Below are positions 1 to 7,885 of a stretch of 20,000 bases of DNA, piece by piece. Position 1 is the stretch's first letter; every line of letters begins with the position of its first letter. Source of the stretch: an uncultured virus (IMG/VR IMGVR_UViG_3300032167_000116) (taxonomy: Duplodnaviria; Heunggongvirae; Uroviricota; Caudoviricetes). Under the pieces are notes generated by a model. The model saw only the letters and a program-made list of their open reading frames with translations. It ran no database searches and was not told the DNA's origin. Both the position numbers and the translations under genes were made by a program. Location of the stretch: positions 45,785-65,784 of IMG/VR virus record IMGVR_UViG_3300032167_000116. One strand, written 5' to 3'.

Positions 1-648
1 AACACCTGCATTCACTGCATCATCACCCATGATCAGGCCCAATTCGTGTGCTCTGTCTGTCAATTCAACAATGCCTTCTGCACCGTTGTTCAACATCGGC
101 ATCATTTCAGATCCGGATCGGCCAAGAAGTCCATTTGCAAGTGCTGCTTTTTCTGTGCCATTTTCCATTGCAGCAAGTGCCATTGTCACTTCCTTGAACA
201 TATCTTCCTGATTCTTCATTTTTCCTGTGGAATCGTAGATGCTAACACCTAACGCTTCGAACATTTCAACACTCTTTTCAGTTCCGCTTGCTGCTCCGTC
301 CATTTGTGCAACAAGCGTTTTCATACCCATCTGAAGACTGTTGACATCCATTCCATTCTGCCCCAATACATAGGACCATTCCTGATATGCCTGTTTTGAC
401 ATACCGATCTTTGCAGACATCTTGTCGATTTCATCCGCTGTTGATGCAGACGAAGAAACCACACCCATCAGTGCCGCACCTGCTGCTGCCGTTCCGGTGA
501 CAACCGCTGTTCCAAACTTCGCTGCCGTTGCCGCCCCTTTCTTCAAGGATTCCGCAAAATTGCCTGCCTTTTTCGATGTGGCTTCTATGTTCTCGTTTGC
601 TTCTTCGTTATCAATAGCAATCTTTCCGAAGATCTTAAAAAGTTCCAT
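1..648 (-). CDS. Second tape-measure-like protein (N-terminal 216 codons; runs off the window; not in ORF track)
   Basis: Manual translation from ATG at 648 (RBS AGAAGGGGGTGA) is open to position 1: MELFKIFGKIAIDNEEANENIEATSKKAGNFAESLKKGAATAAKFGTAVVTGTAAAGAALMGVVSSSASTADEIDKMSAKIGMSKQAYQEWSYVLGQNG...LLGRSGSEMMPMLNNGAEGIVELTDRAHELGLIM. It is Ala/Gly-rich and helical, with TMP-type segments (ADEIDKMSAKIG, LLGRSGSEMMPML). Confidence 0.85.
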   Translation of the reverse strand, partial: MELFKIFGKIAIDNEEANENIEATSKKAGNFAESLKKGAATAAKFGTAVVTGTAAAGAALMGVVSSSASTADEIDKMSAKIGMSKQAYQEWSYVLGQNGMDVNSLQMGMKTLVAQMDGAASGTEKSVEMFEALGVSIYDSTGKMKNQEDMFKEVTMALAAMENGTEKAALANGLLGRSGSEMMPMLNNGAEGIVELTDRAHELGLIMGDDAVNAGV

Positions 649-685
649 AAGGGATTCACCCCCTTCTTTTGTTCTTTATCGTGGT

Positions 686-2593
686 TTATACGTTCCCACG
701 CATTTTTCTGTTTGATAATATACCCAATTCCTGATCAATCCTTGGTGCCAATCTGCTGACCAAGGCATTCCCATCAAGAACGATGTTCGAATCCTTTTCT
801 GCAAGCTGTGGCATGTATTCTGCCAATATTGACATGATCCTTTGCATGTAATAGATGACAGGTTCATTCTCTGCTTTCACAGCTTCCCTGACGAACACAA
901 GAAGTGTGTCAATAGGTGTGATTGCTTCTGCTCCTGCTTCGCCAAACCCTTGCCATCCTGCAAGTGTTGGAAGCACTGTCGGCCTGTCAAATATTCCACC
1001 CTTTGCATTCCACTTGACAGAAAACTTTGGAACACCGGGGATGTCAAGAAGTTCCGCAGCCTTTGCAAGAATTGCAGGCTTCTTTGACCATGACACACTG
1101 ATTGAAGGCATTTTGATTGCTTTGAACTTCAGATCAATGTTGAAGAATCCCTTTATCTTTTTGATGGCATTGTCCACTGTGTTCCGTGCTGATTCGATTT
1201 TTTCTTTGATTGTTGAATAGATTGATCCGAAGACTTCAACAACCTTGTTCTTTGCAGAAACTATTGGATCAATCAGGCCCGATTTCAGCAATTGGAAAGC
1301 TGAAACAGCCTTGTCCTTTGCTGATTGCACCTTTTCAGAAATTGTGTTCCGGATGTTGTTGAAAATATCCGTTGCCTTCTGTTTCATGGATTCGAATTTC
1401 TCTTTCATGCTGTTGTACATTTCAGTGAATTTTGTTTTCAGTATGGAAGCAGCCTTTGAACATGCATCTTGTATCTTCTCCCATAGATTGATCCAAAACT
1501 GTCTGAATGGTTCAACATTGTTCCATAAATAGATAAAGGCAACCACAAGGCCTGCAAGAAGTGCCACGATGATTCCGATTGGATTGGCCATAAGTGCCGC
1601 ATTGAATAAAAGGATCGCATTTCTGACCGTGCTGATTGCTTTTGCAGCTGCTGTCATAATGGTTCCCCAATTCATAATCAAAAGAAAGATTCCGATGGAT
1701 GTTGCTGCACCAAGAATGACTGCAACCCATGTATGAATTGTGTTTTCATTCTCTTTGATCCAATTGATTGCATCCTTGAACTTGTCAATAAGTTCCTGGA
1801 TCTTTGGTGCTGCTGCCGCAACCATGTCCGCAATCTTATTTTTGATTTTAGTCACGATTGGTTCAAATACCGCACCAAGTTCTGCAAAGGCATCAGAAAG
1901 CTTTTCCTGTGCCTTCCTTGCATCCATCACATCCTTGTTTGTTTCCTTGTACTGATCCGCTGCTTTGCCGTATGTATCACGCAAGGTGTTCATGATCAGG
2001 TCCTGTCTTTCTTCCTCTGTTGAACACTCCGCAAGCTGTGCATTGAAGTCATCAACGGTTATTCCGGACCATTCGAGTGCATCGGCCAAGGACGATTGCA
2101 CCTCTCCTAAAGAACTGCTGTGGTTGATGGCTTCTGCCAACCCCTCCAACGGCAATGATGCCCCGAAAGTCGAATACACTCCTGTCAAGGTGTTTGTCAT
2201 GTCATTCAGTTCTTCTTCGTTATCAGCAACCAATGCAAGGTGCTGTGCAGCTTCAACAGCCGCACCGGAATCACCCATGACTGCATTCAGATCAGAATAG
2301 GTGTTTTTGGCCACTTCAGAACTGTGGCCTGCTGTCTTATAGGCAGATTCAAGCAATCCCATTTCCTGCCTATATTCTCTTGTACTTTCTGTGACTGCAA
2401 GGATGGATCCACCAATGGCCAATCCTGCACCTGCAATCAACTTGCCTGCTGACACAACGGCCCTTCCAATTCCACCGAAAGCACTGTTGATGGTTCCCTG
2501 TGAATTGTTCGCCCTTTCTGCTGTGTCATCAATGGCATGGTTCGCTTCAGTGTTGTCAATGGCAATGCTGCCAAACAATCTGAACAGTTCCAT
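686..2593 (-). CDS. Tail tape measure protein (635 aa)
   Basis: Directly follows the tail chaperones. Helical and Ala-rich, with a hydrophobic ANPIGIIVALLAGLVVAFIYLW segment, periodic aromatic residues, and TMP-type C-terminal motifs (WNAKGGIF...GEAGAEAITP; IVLDGNALVSRLAPRIDQELG). Confidence 0.9.
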   Translation of the reverse strand: MELFRLFGSIAIDNTEANHAIDDTAERANNSQGTINSAFGGIGRAVVSAGKLIAGAGLAIGGSILAVTESTREYRQEMGLLESAYKTAGHSSEVAKNTYSDLNAVMGDSGAAVEAAQHLALVADNEEELNDMTNTLTGVYSTFGASLPLEGLAEAINHSSSLGEVQSSLADALEWSGITVDDFNAQLAECSTEEERQDLIMNTLRDTYGKAADQYKETNKDVMDARKAQEKLSDAFAELGAVFEPIVTKIKNKIADMVAAAAPKIQELIDKFKDAINWIKENENTIHTWVAVILGAATSIGIFLLIMNWGTIMTAAAKAISTVRNAILLFNAALMANPIGIIVALLAGLVVAFIYLWNNVEPFRQFWINLWEKIQDACSKAASILKTKFTEMYNSMKEKFESMKQKATDIFNNIRNTISEKVQSAKDKAVSAFQLLKSGLIDPIVSAKNKVVEVFGSIYSTIKEKIESARNTVDNAIKKIKGFFNIDLKFKAIKMPSISVSWSKKPAILAKAAELLDIPGVPKFSVKWNAKGGIFDRPTVLPTLAGWQGFGEAGAEAITPIDTLLVFVREAVKAENEPVIYYMQRIMSILAEYMPQLAEKDSNIVLDGNALVSRLAPRIDQELGILSNRKMRGNV

Positions 2594-2605
2594 GCATTTC
2601 CCTTT

Positions 2606-2926
2606 CTATTTTGGGGAAAATCTCTGCAAGATTCCCCTTGATTGCTGTTTGGTTTCTTCCACCTGTTCATCTGTCATTGATAAGGTTGTCGGTTGTTCCT
2701 TCTGCTTCTGCCACAACCCGGCCTTCCATTCGCTGAAAGGCATGTCAGACATACTGTGAACGTAAGCAATCCAAAGTTTGTTGTCATCCTCTTTTTCCGC
2801 TTCTTCTTTTTTGCGCTCATTTTCAAGATTGATTATTTGGTTCACAAACTCCCCAAACCGCCCTTGTTCGATGTACAATCTCATGAAGTCCATTGGACTT
2901 GCGTATCTTGAAAACAGCAAGTCCAT
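2606..2926 (-). CDS. Tail assembly chaperone, downstream (gpT-like) part, probably expressed as a -1 frameshift fusion
   Basis: Lies between the gpG-like gene and the TMP. Its frame stays open upstream to the T TTT TTC slippery site at 2968-2974. Confidence 0.8.
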   Translation of the reverse strand: MDLLFSRYASPMDFMRLYIEQGRFGEFVNQIINLENERKKEEAEKEDDNKLWIAYVHSMSDMPFSEWKAGLWQKQKEQPTTLSMTDEQVEETKQQSRGILQRFSPK

Positions 2927-2943
2927 GAACTCAATCTCACCTA

Positions 2944-3345
2944 TTAAAGCAATTTGAAGACAACCTTGAAAAAAGATGTGTTCTTCACCTCATTGAAAGA
3001 ATCATAGATCATCAACGGCAGTGTGCCGAACTCCATCTTCTTGATCTCGTCAACCGGGATCCCGGACATATCCGACCAAAAAGAATAGATGTCCTCACCC
3101 ACCGGACCGCATAACTTGGAAATCACGATGTCAGCAATGTCAAGCACAACCATCTTCCCGACTTCATCAATGGTCATTCCCTTCGCTTCCTGCTTGAAGG
3201 TGTCCTTGAACTCCTTCAGGCCAAGCTTGCGGAAAAGCTGCAACAACGGCATCAAATCACCATCATTCAGCTTCCGCAATGTATACGGTCTTTCAATCAC
3301 TGCTTCTTCCTGCTTCGTATTATCTTCAATAATTGCTTTACTCAT
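2944..3345 (-). CDS. Tail assembly chaperone (gpG-like)
   Basis: 133 aa immediately downstream of the major tail gene. It ends ...NTSFFKVVFKLL, with a slippery heptamer near the 3' end. Confidence 0.8.
   Translation of the reverse strand: MSKAIIEDNTKQEEAVIERPYTLRKLNDGDLMPLLQLFRKLGLKEFKDTFKQEAKGMTIDEVGKMVVLDIADIVISKLCGPVGEDIYSFWSDMSGIPVDEIKKMEFGTLPLMIYDSFNEVKNTSFFKVVFKLL
2968..2974 (-). other. -1 programmed ribosomal frameshift site T TTT TTC
   Basis: X XXY YYZ heptamer in the correct phase (TCT TTT TTC). The -1 frame reads ...QGCLQIALIGEIEF-MDLLFSRY..., in frame with 2606..2926. Confidence 0.85.
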
Positions 3346-3363
3346 AAGGTTTCAATCCTTTCT

Positions 3364-4116
3364 TTACGCTGTGGCCTTTTCCGGGTAGAAAATATAGATC
3401 GGTAAGGTGTCAAATACATCACCCTTGAAGTCAGCAGAACATTCAAAGGTTGCCTTCAACACTGCCGTTTCCTTGTTCTTCGGCTCAACCTCAAAACCGG
3501 AAGTGCAAAGTGCATTTTCCATGATGATGATCACTTCCGTTCCGTCCGTCATGTTTCCGACAAATGCGATATTGTCAAGATAGTCGGACAGTTCAAGAAG
3601 CGGTTTGGTGATGATCTGCGTGTATCCCTTGATAAGAGAATCCACTTCCTTGCCGACAATTGCCCTCTTGAAACTCTCCACAGTATGCTGTGCAAGGTTC
3701 GTTTCAAGGCTGCCTGCTTCACCCATCTTCAAGGTCAATCCCTTGACCTTTACAGTCGCACCATCGACATCAACATCCGTAAATTCGGAAACGATGGAAC
3801 ACTTGTTGCCACCGGATGTTGCACCAAGGACATTTTCTTCAGAATCATCCCATTCACCGATGACAAAATCACCTGCCTTCGGCACATAATCTGCGGCAAC
3901 TCCAATGAAGGAAACATCCGGTGTCAGCTTGCTGATCCGAATCGTGTCAGTGCCTTCTTCCTCGGTGTCTGCGATAACCTTCAGGGAACCCTTCGGCTGC
4001 TCTCCACCATCTTCCACCGTGACTTTGTTGTACACATACTTCAAATTCTTGAATACCGTGCCTGCTCCAAGTAAGAAATCATCCGGAGTCTTGCTGTTAA
4101 TTCCCGATTTTCTCAT
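3364..4116 (-). CDS. Major tail (tube) protein
   Basis: Position between tail-completion gene and chaperones; motifs LLGAGTVFK, LGATSGG, DVDGATVKVKGL, IIMENALCTSG. Start moved to ATG 4116 (GGAG RBS; ATGA overlap with the upstream stop). Confidence 0.85.
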   Translation of the reverse strand: MRKSGINSKTPDDFLLGAGTVFKNLKYVYNKVTVEDGGEQPKGSLKVIADTEEEGTDTIRISKLTPDVSFIGVAADYVPKAGDFVIGEWDDSEENVLGATSGGNKCSIVSEFTDVDVDGATVKVKGLTLKMGEAGSLETNLAQHTVESFKRAIVGKEVDSLIKGYTQIITKPLLELSDYLDNIAFVGNMTDGTEVIIIMENALCTSGFEVEPKNKETAVLKATFECSADFKGDVFDTLPIYIFYPEKATA

Positions 4117-4505
4117 TTTTTCACGCTCCATTCTTTCAAATCTAAGTTGATTTGGATTCTTTTCAGGGAACCTTCACCTGTTGGAACAGGGAATGCATTC
4201 CCATAAAAAACAGCAATCCCATTTCCATTCGGAAGGATTGCTGTTCTGCCCCCAATTGCAGGGAATAATTGTTCAATTGTTGCTTTCTGCTTTTCAAGAT
4301 CCAACCATGATCCTTTTCCGGTTCCGGTCAGGATGAATTGTGCTTCCTGCTTTCCATCTTCTGCACCGGGTGTCACTTCTGAATAAGATCCAACCCAATA
4401 TGCAGGAATGGAAGAAACATCAGAAGTGAATTCCATAAATTCATACGGAATCCCGGCTGAATCCATTGCATCTTTTATGAATCCCAAAGCTGCCGTTGTC
4501 ATCAT
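4113..4505 (-). CDS. Putative tail completion/terminator protein
   Basis: 130 aa between the gp10-like and major tail genes; PAYWVG motif and beta-rich C-terminus. Confidence 0.65.
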   Translation of the reverse strand: MMTTAALGFIKDAMDSAGIPYEFMEFTSDVSSIPAYWVGSYSEVTPGAEDGKQEAQFILTGTGKGSWLDLEKQKATIEQLFPAIGGRTAILPNGNGIAVFYGNAFPVPTGEGSLKRIQINLDLKEWSVKK

Positions 4506-4930
4506 TCACCATTCCCTTCTTCCATTCGTGCCTTCAGAACTTCCATTGCCCTTCTGATGATTGCATTCTTCAAGGTGTTGAATGCATTCTGCAATGCCCG
4601 GTTTGGTGTTTTACCGTATGTGTGATGGAATTCCCCGGTCTTTTCATCCCGGTACACCCAACCGCCTTTTCTACCATCACCCTTCAAGGCATATTCACCT
4701 GTTCCGAATTCTTCCCATATAGCATTCTGAAGTGGTGATCCGATCACTGCTTCCAATTTCGATTCATCGACTTTGTAGGTCCATGAATTCTTCAATTGTC
4801 CGGTTCCAACCCTTGAATTGTTTGCTGTCTGTGAAGCAAGTGATTCTGCCGATTCAAACAGATAGGCAATTGCAGCCTGATTCATTTCTTCCCTAACTCT
4901 CATTGAATTATCTTCAAAATGAACAGCCAT
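4502..4930 (-). CDS. HK97 gp10-family neck/tail component
   Basis: Motifs VGTGQLKNSW, NAIWEEFGTG and TYGKTPNRALQNAF match this family; gene order agrees. Confidence 0.85.
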   Translation of the reverse strand: MAVHFEDNSMRVREEMNQAAIAYLFESAESLASQTANNSRVGTGQLKNSWTYKVDESKLEAVIGSPLQNAIWEEFGTGEYALKGDGRKGGWVYRDEKTGEFHHTYGKTPNRALQNAFNTLKNAIIRRAMEVLKARMEEGNGE

Positions 4931-4931
4931 A

Positions 4932-5264
4932 TCATTGCCCCCCTGTATACTTCAGATAGATTTCAAGCTGTTTGTGCAATCCCATTGGATCATCAATCAA
5001 CTTGACATCATACACACCACCATTCACAATCATTCTGCTATTTTCAGCCTTCACAGCCGAATCAAGCTGCTTCCAATCAGAAACAAACACATGTGTTGAT
5101 TCCTGAATCTTTGCATTGAATGTCGTATAGGTGGAATCACCGGAAGAAAGGTCAAGGAATCCTGCAATGTTGTGAATGGTTTTCCATTCCTTCACGGATT
5201 CACCGATTTCATTCTTGGTTGTGGTGCTGATCTGAAGCTGTGCAATTGTATTGCCACCAATCAT
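4932..5264 (-). CDS. Head closure / head-tail adaptor (SPP1 gp16-like)
   Basis: 110 aa; KNEIGE..EW and YDVKLIDDPMGLHKQLEIYL motifs; gene order. Confidence 0.8.
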   Translation of the reverse strand: MIGGNTIAQLQISTTTKNEIGESVKEWKTIHNIAGFLDLSSGDSTYTTFNAKIQESTHVFVSDWKQLDSAVKAENSRMIVNGGVYDVKLIDDPMGLHKQLEIYLKYTGGQ

Positions 5265-5275
5265 GCAAACACCCC

Positions 5276-5806
5276 CTAAAATCTAGCCTTCATGTAAGGC
5301 CGTAGGAAGCCGATTAAGGACTTCGGATAACCAAGTGAGGAATTATCCCCATCCATGTTGAAATAGGTCACAGAATGCCGGGAAATGGTTTCAGACTGTA
5401 TGCCAACCTTATCCCTGTTTTCAAGATCCCACTTCATCATGTTCACAACACCCATCTTCACATCCACCGGATAGACAACTTTCGTCACAAGGACATCAGT
5501 TTCATCCAAGGCATCCGGAAGTGCGATGACATCATCACCTTCTTCTTCAACCTTAGAAACAACATACAGGCCTTCATTGAAGTTCGATTCGGTGATCTGT
5601 ATCGTGTCACCTGCCTTGAACATGGCAACATCACAATACAGTTTCCCATCCTCAATCGTTCCAACAGTTCTGATTGCCCTTTGCTGAAAGTTGTTGTTGG
5701 TGTGTCTTCTGATCAGCAATTCGATGGCCTGAAGCTTTGCTTCAATCACCGGATCCGCAACATCGGTTGTCACATATGTCTTGAATTCTTCTGCTGTCAT
5801 AATCAT
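5276..5806 (-). CDS. Head-tail connector (SPP1 gp15-like)
   Basis: IRRHTNNNF near the N-terminus and GIQSETISRHSVTY...LRPY at the C-terminus; first neck gene after the capsid cluster. Confidence 0.8.
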   Translation of the reverse strand: MIMTAEEFKTYVTTDVADPVIEAKLQAIELLIRRHTNNNFQQRAIRTVGTIEDGKLYCDVAMFKAGDTIQITESNFNEGLYVVSKVEEEGDDVIALPDALDETDVLVTKVVYPVDVKMGVVNMMKWDLENRDKVGIQSETISRHSVTYFNMDGDNSSLGYPKSLIGFLRPYMKARF

Positions 5807-5824
5807 CAGGGATTCCCCCTTTCA

Positions 5825-6064
5825 TTATTCAGCATCCGTCACTTCATAGCCTGCATGACTGCGGAACCATGCTGCCATTCTTGCATCAGAAATGACTGCC
5901 TGACCATGTGCGAACTGCACACCGCCTGCATCAATGCCGCAGAAATTCGGATTGCTTACCACCTTAACCAACCACTTCTTTGCCTTTGCATCTGCCTTTG
6001 CATCTGCTGCTGCATCCTTCTTTGCATCTACTTCTGCATTTACTTCTGCATCCTTCTTTGCCAT
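5825..6064 (-). CDS. Small hypothetical virion-associated protein with low-complexity Ala/Asp/Lys N-terminus
   Basis: 79 aa after the capsid gene; RBS AGAAAGGA; AKKDA occurs twice. Confidence 0.7.
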   Translation of the reverse strand: MAKKDAEVNAEVDAKKDAAADAKADAKAKKWLVKVVSNPNFCGIDAGGVQFAHGQAVISDARMAAWFRSHAGYEVTDAE

Positions 6065-6088
6065 GTCGATCCATCCTTTCTTTTATAA

Positions 6089-6114
6089 GGTGCGGCAGAC
6101 TATGCCACCGCACC
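6089..6114 (-). terminator. Stem-loop after major capsid gene (weak terminator or mRNA stabiliser)
   Basis: GGTGCGG-N12-CCGCACC inverted repeat just after the TAATAA stops; only a poor U-tract (TTAT) follows. Confidence 0.5.
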
Positions 6115-6124
6115 ATTCACATTA

Positions 6125-7099
6125 TTACGCAATCTTGATGTTACGGAGAACACCTGCATTTGCAGTATTCTTCAGAACGGTTGCTGCTACCATCTCAACT
6201 TCACCCTTCTTCACTGCACCCGGCTGACTGAAGTCCGGAACATAGGAAGTGATTGCACCGTTTCCGGTCAAGGAAGCTGCATGGAAACCGTTGTTTACAT
6301 CGAACTTCGCTGCATAGATGTCAGTAACACCGGAATTCACCTTCACGCAAGAATTTGCGGTCACAGCACCACCGGAAACAGCGTAATGATTGCCAAGATC
6401 CATGAAACGAACACCATCCATGACAGTCACTCTCTTGCCGAATGCTTCCTCGGTTTCGGTCTTATAACCAAGAAGTCTTGCGATGGTCTGAACCTTGCTG
6501 ATCATGTCAGTGTTCATCAGGAGTGCATCTGCATTGGTCTTCTTGATAAGGTTCTGAAGCATTTCATAGAACTGATCCATGTTGGTCTTCAGGTTTGCCA
6601 TCGTGGAAAGATCAATCGTCTTGCCTTCACCTGCATTGAATTCGGAAGTGGTGCCTGCAAGCATCTTGTCAAGGCCATCGAATTCATCCGTTGCAGTGGT
6701 GCTGTTACCATTGATCAAGGTGTAGTGGAACAGGGAAATTGCTGCTGCAATCTTTTCCTCGAACTGATATGCCATGTTGTTGAACTTGCCTTCAGCCTGC
6801 TTCAACACACGGTCCATCTCGAAGGAACCACCGAAGATCTTCAGTGCAACAGTCTTCGTTTCAACGGTTGCCTGATTTGCAGTATAGTCATTGTTCAACG
6901 CACGGAATGCAGCAGTTGCCGGCAACTTCTTCTGCACATAGGAATAGGTCAAGGTGCTTCCACCGCCTGCGGACGGAGAAACACAGTTATCAAACGGAAG
7001 CATCTGAAGGATTTCAGACTTTCTCAAAAAGATGTCAACGATCTGCTGACTTACCTTGTCGGCCATACCGACTTTCATTTCTGCTAATGTCATAGCCAT
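6125..7099 (-). CDS. Major capsid protein
   Basis: About 324 aa directly after the scaffold; LINGN...FDGLDK and AALLMN-like motifs; tandem stops. Start is probably ATG 7099 (GGTGA RBS); 7111 is an alternative. Confidence 0.85.
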   Translation of the reverse strand: MAMTLAEMKVGMADKVSQQIVDIFLRKSEILQMLPFDNCVSPSAGGGSTLTYSYVQKKLPATAAFRALNNDYTANQATVETKTVALKIFGGSFEMDRVLKQAEGKFNNMAYQFEEKIAAAISLFHYTLINGNSTTATDEFDGLDKMLAGTTSEFNAGEGKTIDLSTMANLKTNMDQFYEMLQNLIKKTNADALLMNTDMISKVQTIARLLGYKTETEEAFGKRVTVMDGVRFMDLGNHYAVSGGAVTANSCVKVNSGVTDIYAAKFDVNNGFHAASLTGNGAITSYVPDFSQPGAVKKGEVEMVAATVLKNTANAGVLRNIKIA

Positions 7100-7120
7100 A
7101 ATAATCACCATTTACCTTTC

Positions 7121-7741
7121 TTATTTGGATTCAAATTGCTGCTGAAGTGCTTCAGCAAGTGACTTCGGTTCAGAACTACCATGCCCGGCATCCGAACCCG
7201 GAAGCTTGTTTTCCTCAATCTTCTTCGTAGAAGATGATTCAAACATGTTCGGGAACTGTGTCTTCAATCCCTCACTGTAAGTCTTCCAATCTTTGATGTT
7301 GTCATTTTCGTCAAGTTCAAGGGATTTGCCCTCTGCATTCAGCTTTTCGTTCAGCTTATAAGTGAGATAGCCAACATCAAGGGCCTTTTCGGAAAGAAGT
7401 GCCACTTTGATTGCTGATGCCTTCTTCGTTTCCTGAAGCTGCTTCTGCAAGTCTGCCACCTGCGTTTCATAGCCTGTGATCTTGCCCTGCAATTCCTCAT
7501 TGCCCTTCGTTCCCTTCTTCAGTTCCGCAATCAGGCCATTTGCCTGTTCCAGTTCCGTTTTCTGACCATCGAACAATGCCTGAAGTGCATCATGCTTGCC
7601 CTTGCCTACATATTCACCGGATGTCAGATTGGCAAGCTTGATTTGCTTGTCCTTGTTTGCTTCATCCCCATTGTAGGCATTCACTTTTTCAGCAAACTGC
7701 TTGAAAAGTTCTTCACCCAAGATCTCTTTCAAAAATTCCAT
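7121..7741 (-). CDS. Capsid scaffolding protein (Phage GP20-like)
   Basis: 206 aa coiled coil with GEYVGKGK and LKTQFPNMFE motifs, ending PKSLAEALQQQF; sits directly before the capsid gene. Confidence 0.85.
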   Translation of the reverse strand: MEFLKEILGEELFKQFAEKVNAYNGDEANKDKQIKLANLTSGEYVGKGKHDALQALFDGQKTELEQANGLIAELKKGTKGNEELQGKITGYETQVADLQKQLQETKKASAIKVALLSEKALDVGYLTYKLNEKLNAEGKSLELDENDNIKDWKTYSEGLKTQFPNMFESSSTKKIEENKLPGSDAGHGSSEPKSLAEALQQQFESK

Positions 7742-7756
7742 ATCATTTTCCTTTCT

Positions 7757-7848
7757 TTTGCGTTGTTTTTAATCGTGGTGTCACCACTGCAAAGCCTAGT
7801 TTTAATGTCATGCGACAGGACAAATTTGAAGGGATAAATGCCCCCTTC
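7757..7848 (-). promoter_or_regulatory. Structured 5' leader of the scaffold gene (candidate cis-regulatory RNA)
   Basis: Three hairpins on the minus strand: GAAGGG/CCCTTC; TGTC-GCAT-GACA followed by TTAAAAC; GTGGT-GAC-ACCAC followed by GATTAAAAAC and closed by TTTGC/GCAAA. Confidence 0.5.
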
Positions 7849-7857
7849 TTGGCATAT

Positions 7858-7885
7858 AAAAAAGCAGTCATTTTCGACTGCCTTT
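7858..7885 (-). terminator. Intrinsic terminator after the MuF gene and small Cys-rich ORF
   Basis: Minus strand AAAGGCAGTC-GAAAAT-GACTGC-TTTTTT. Confidence 0.75.

Noticed and set aside
649..688. Readthrough or frameshift fusion of TMP1 and TMP2 into one long TMP
   Set aside because: The frames differ, and the TMP2 frame has a TAA at 676-678 downstream of the TMP1 stop. TMP2 has its own RBS and a duplicated N-terminus.
676..1730. Alternative-frame minus-strand ORFs inside TMP1 (676..867, 877..1098, 1438..1620, 1512..1730)
   Set aside because: Nested in or largely overlapping the TMP, with no motif or RBS support.
6064..6140. Frameshift or readthrough extension of the major capsid into the 79-aa ORF
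   Set aside because: The capsid ends in TAATAA with no slippery or CCC-stop site, and the downstream ORF has its own RBS.
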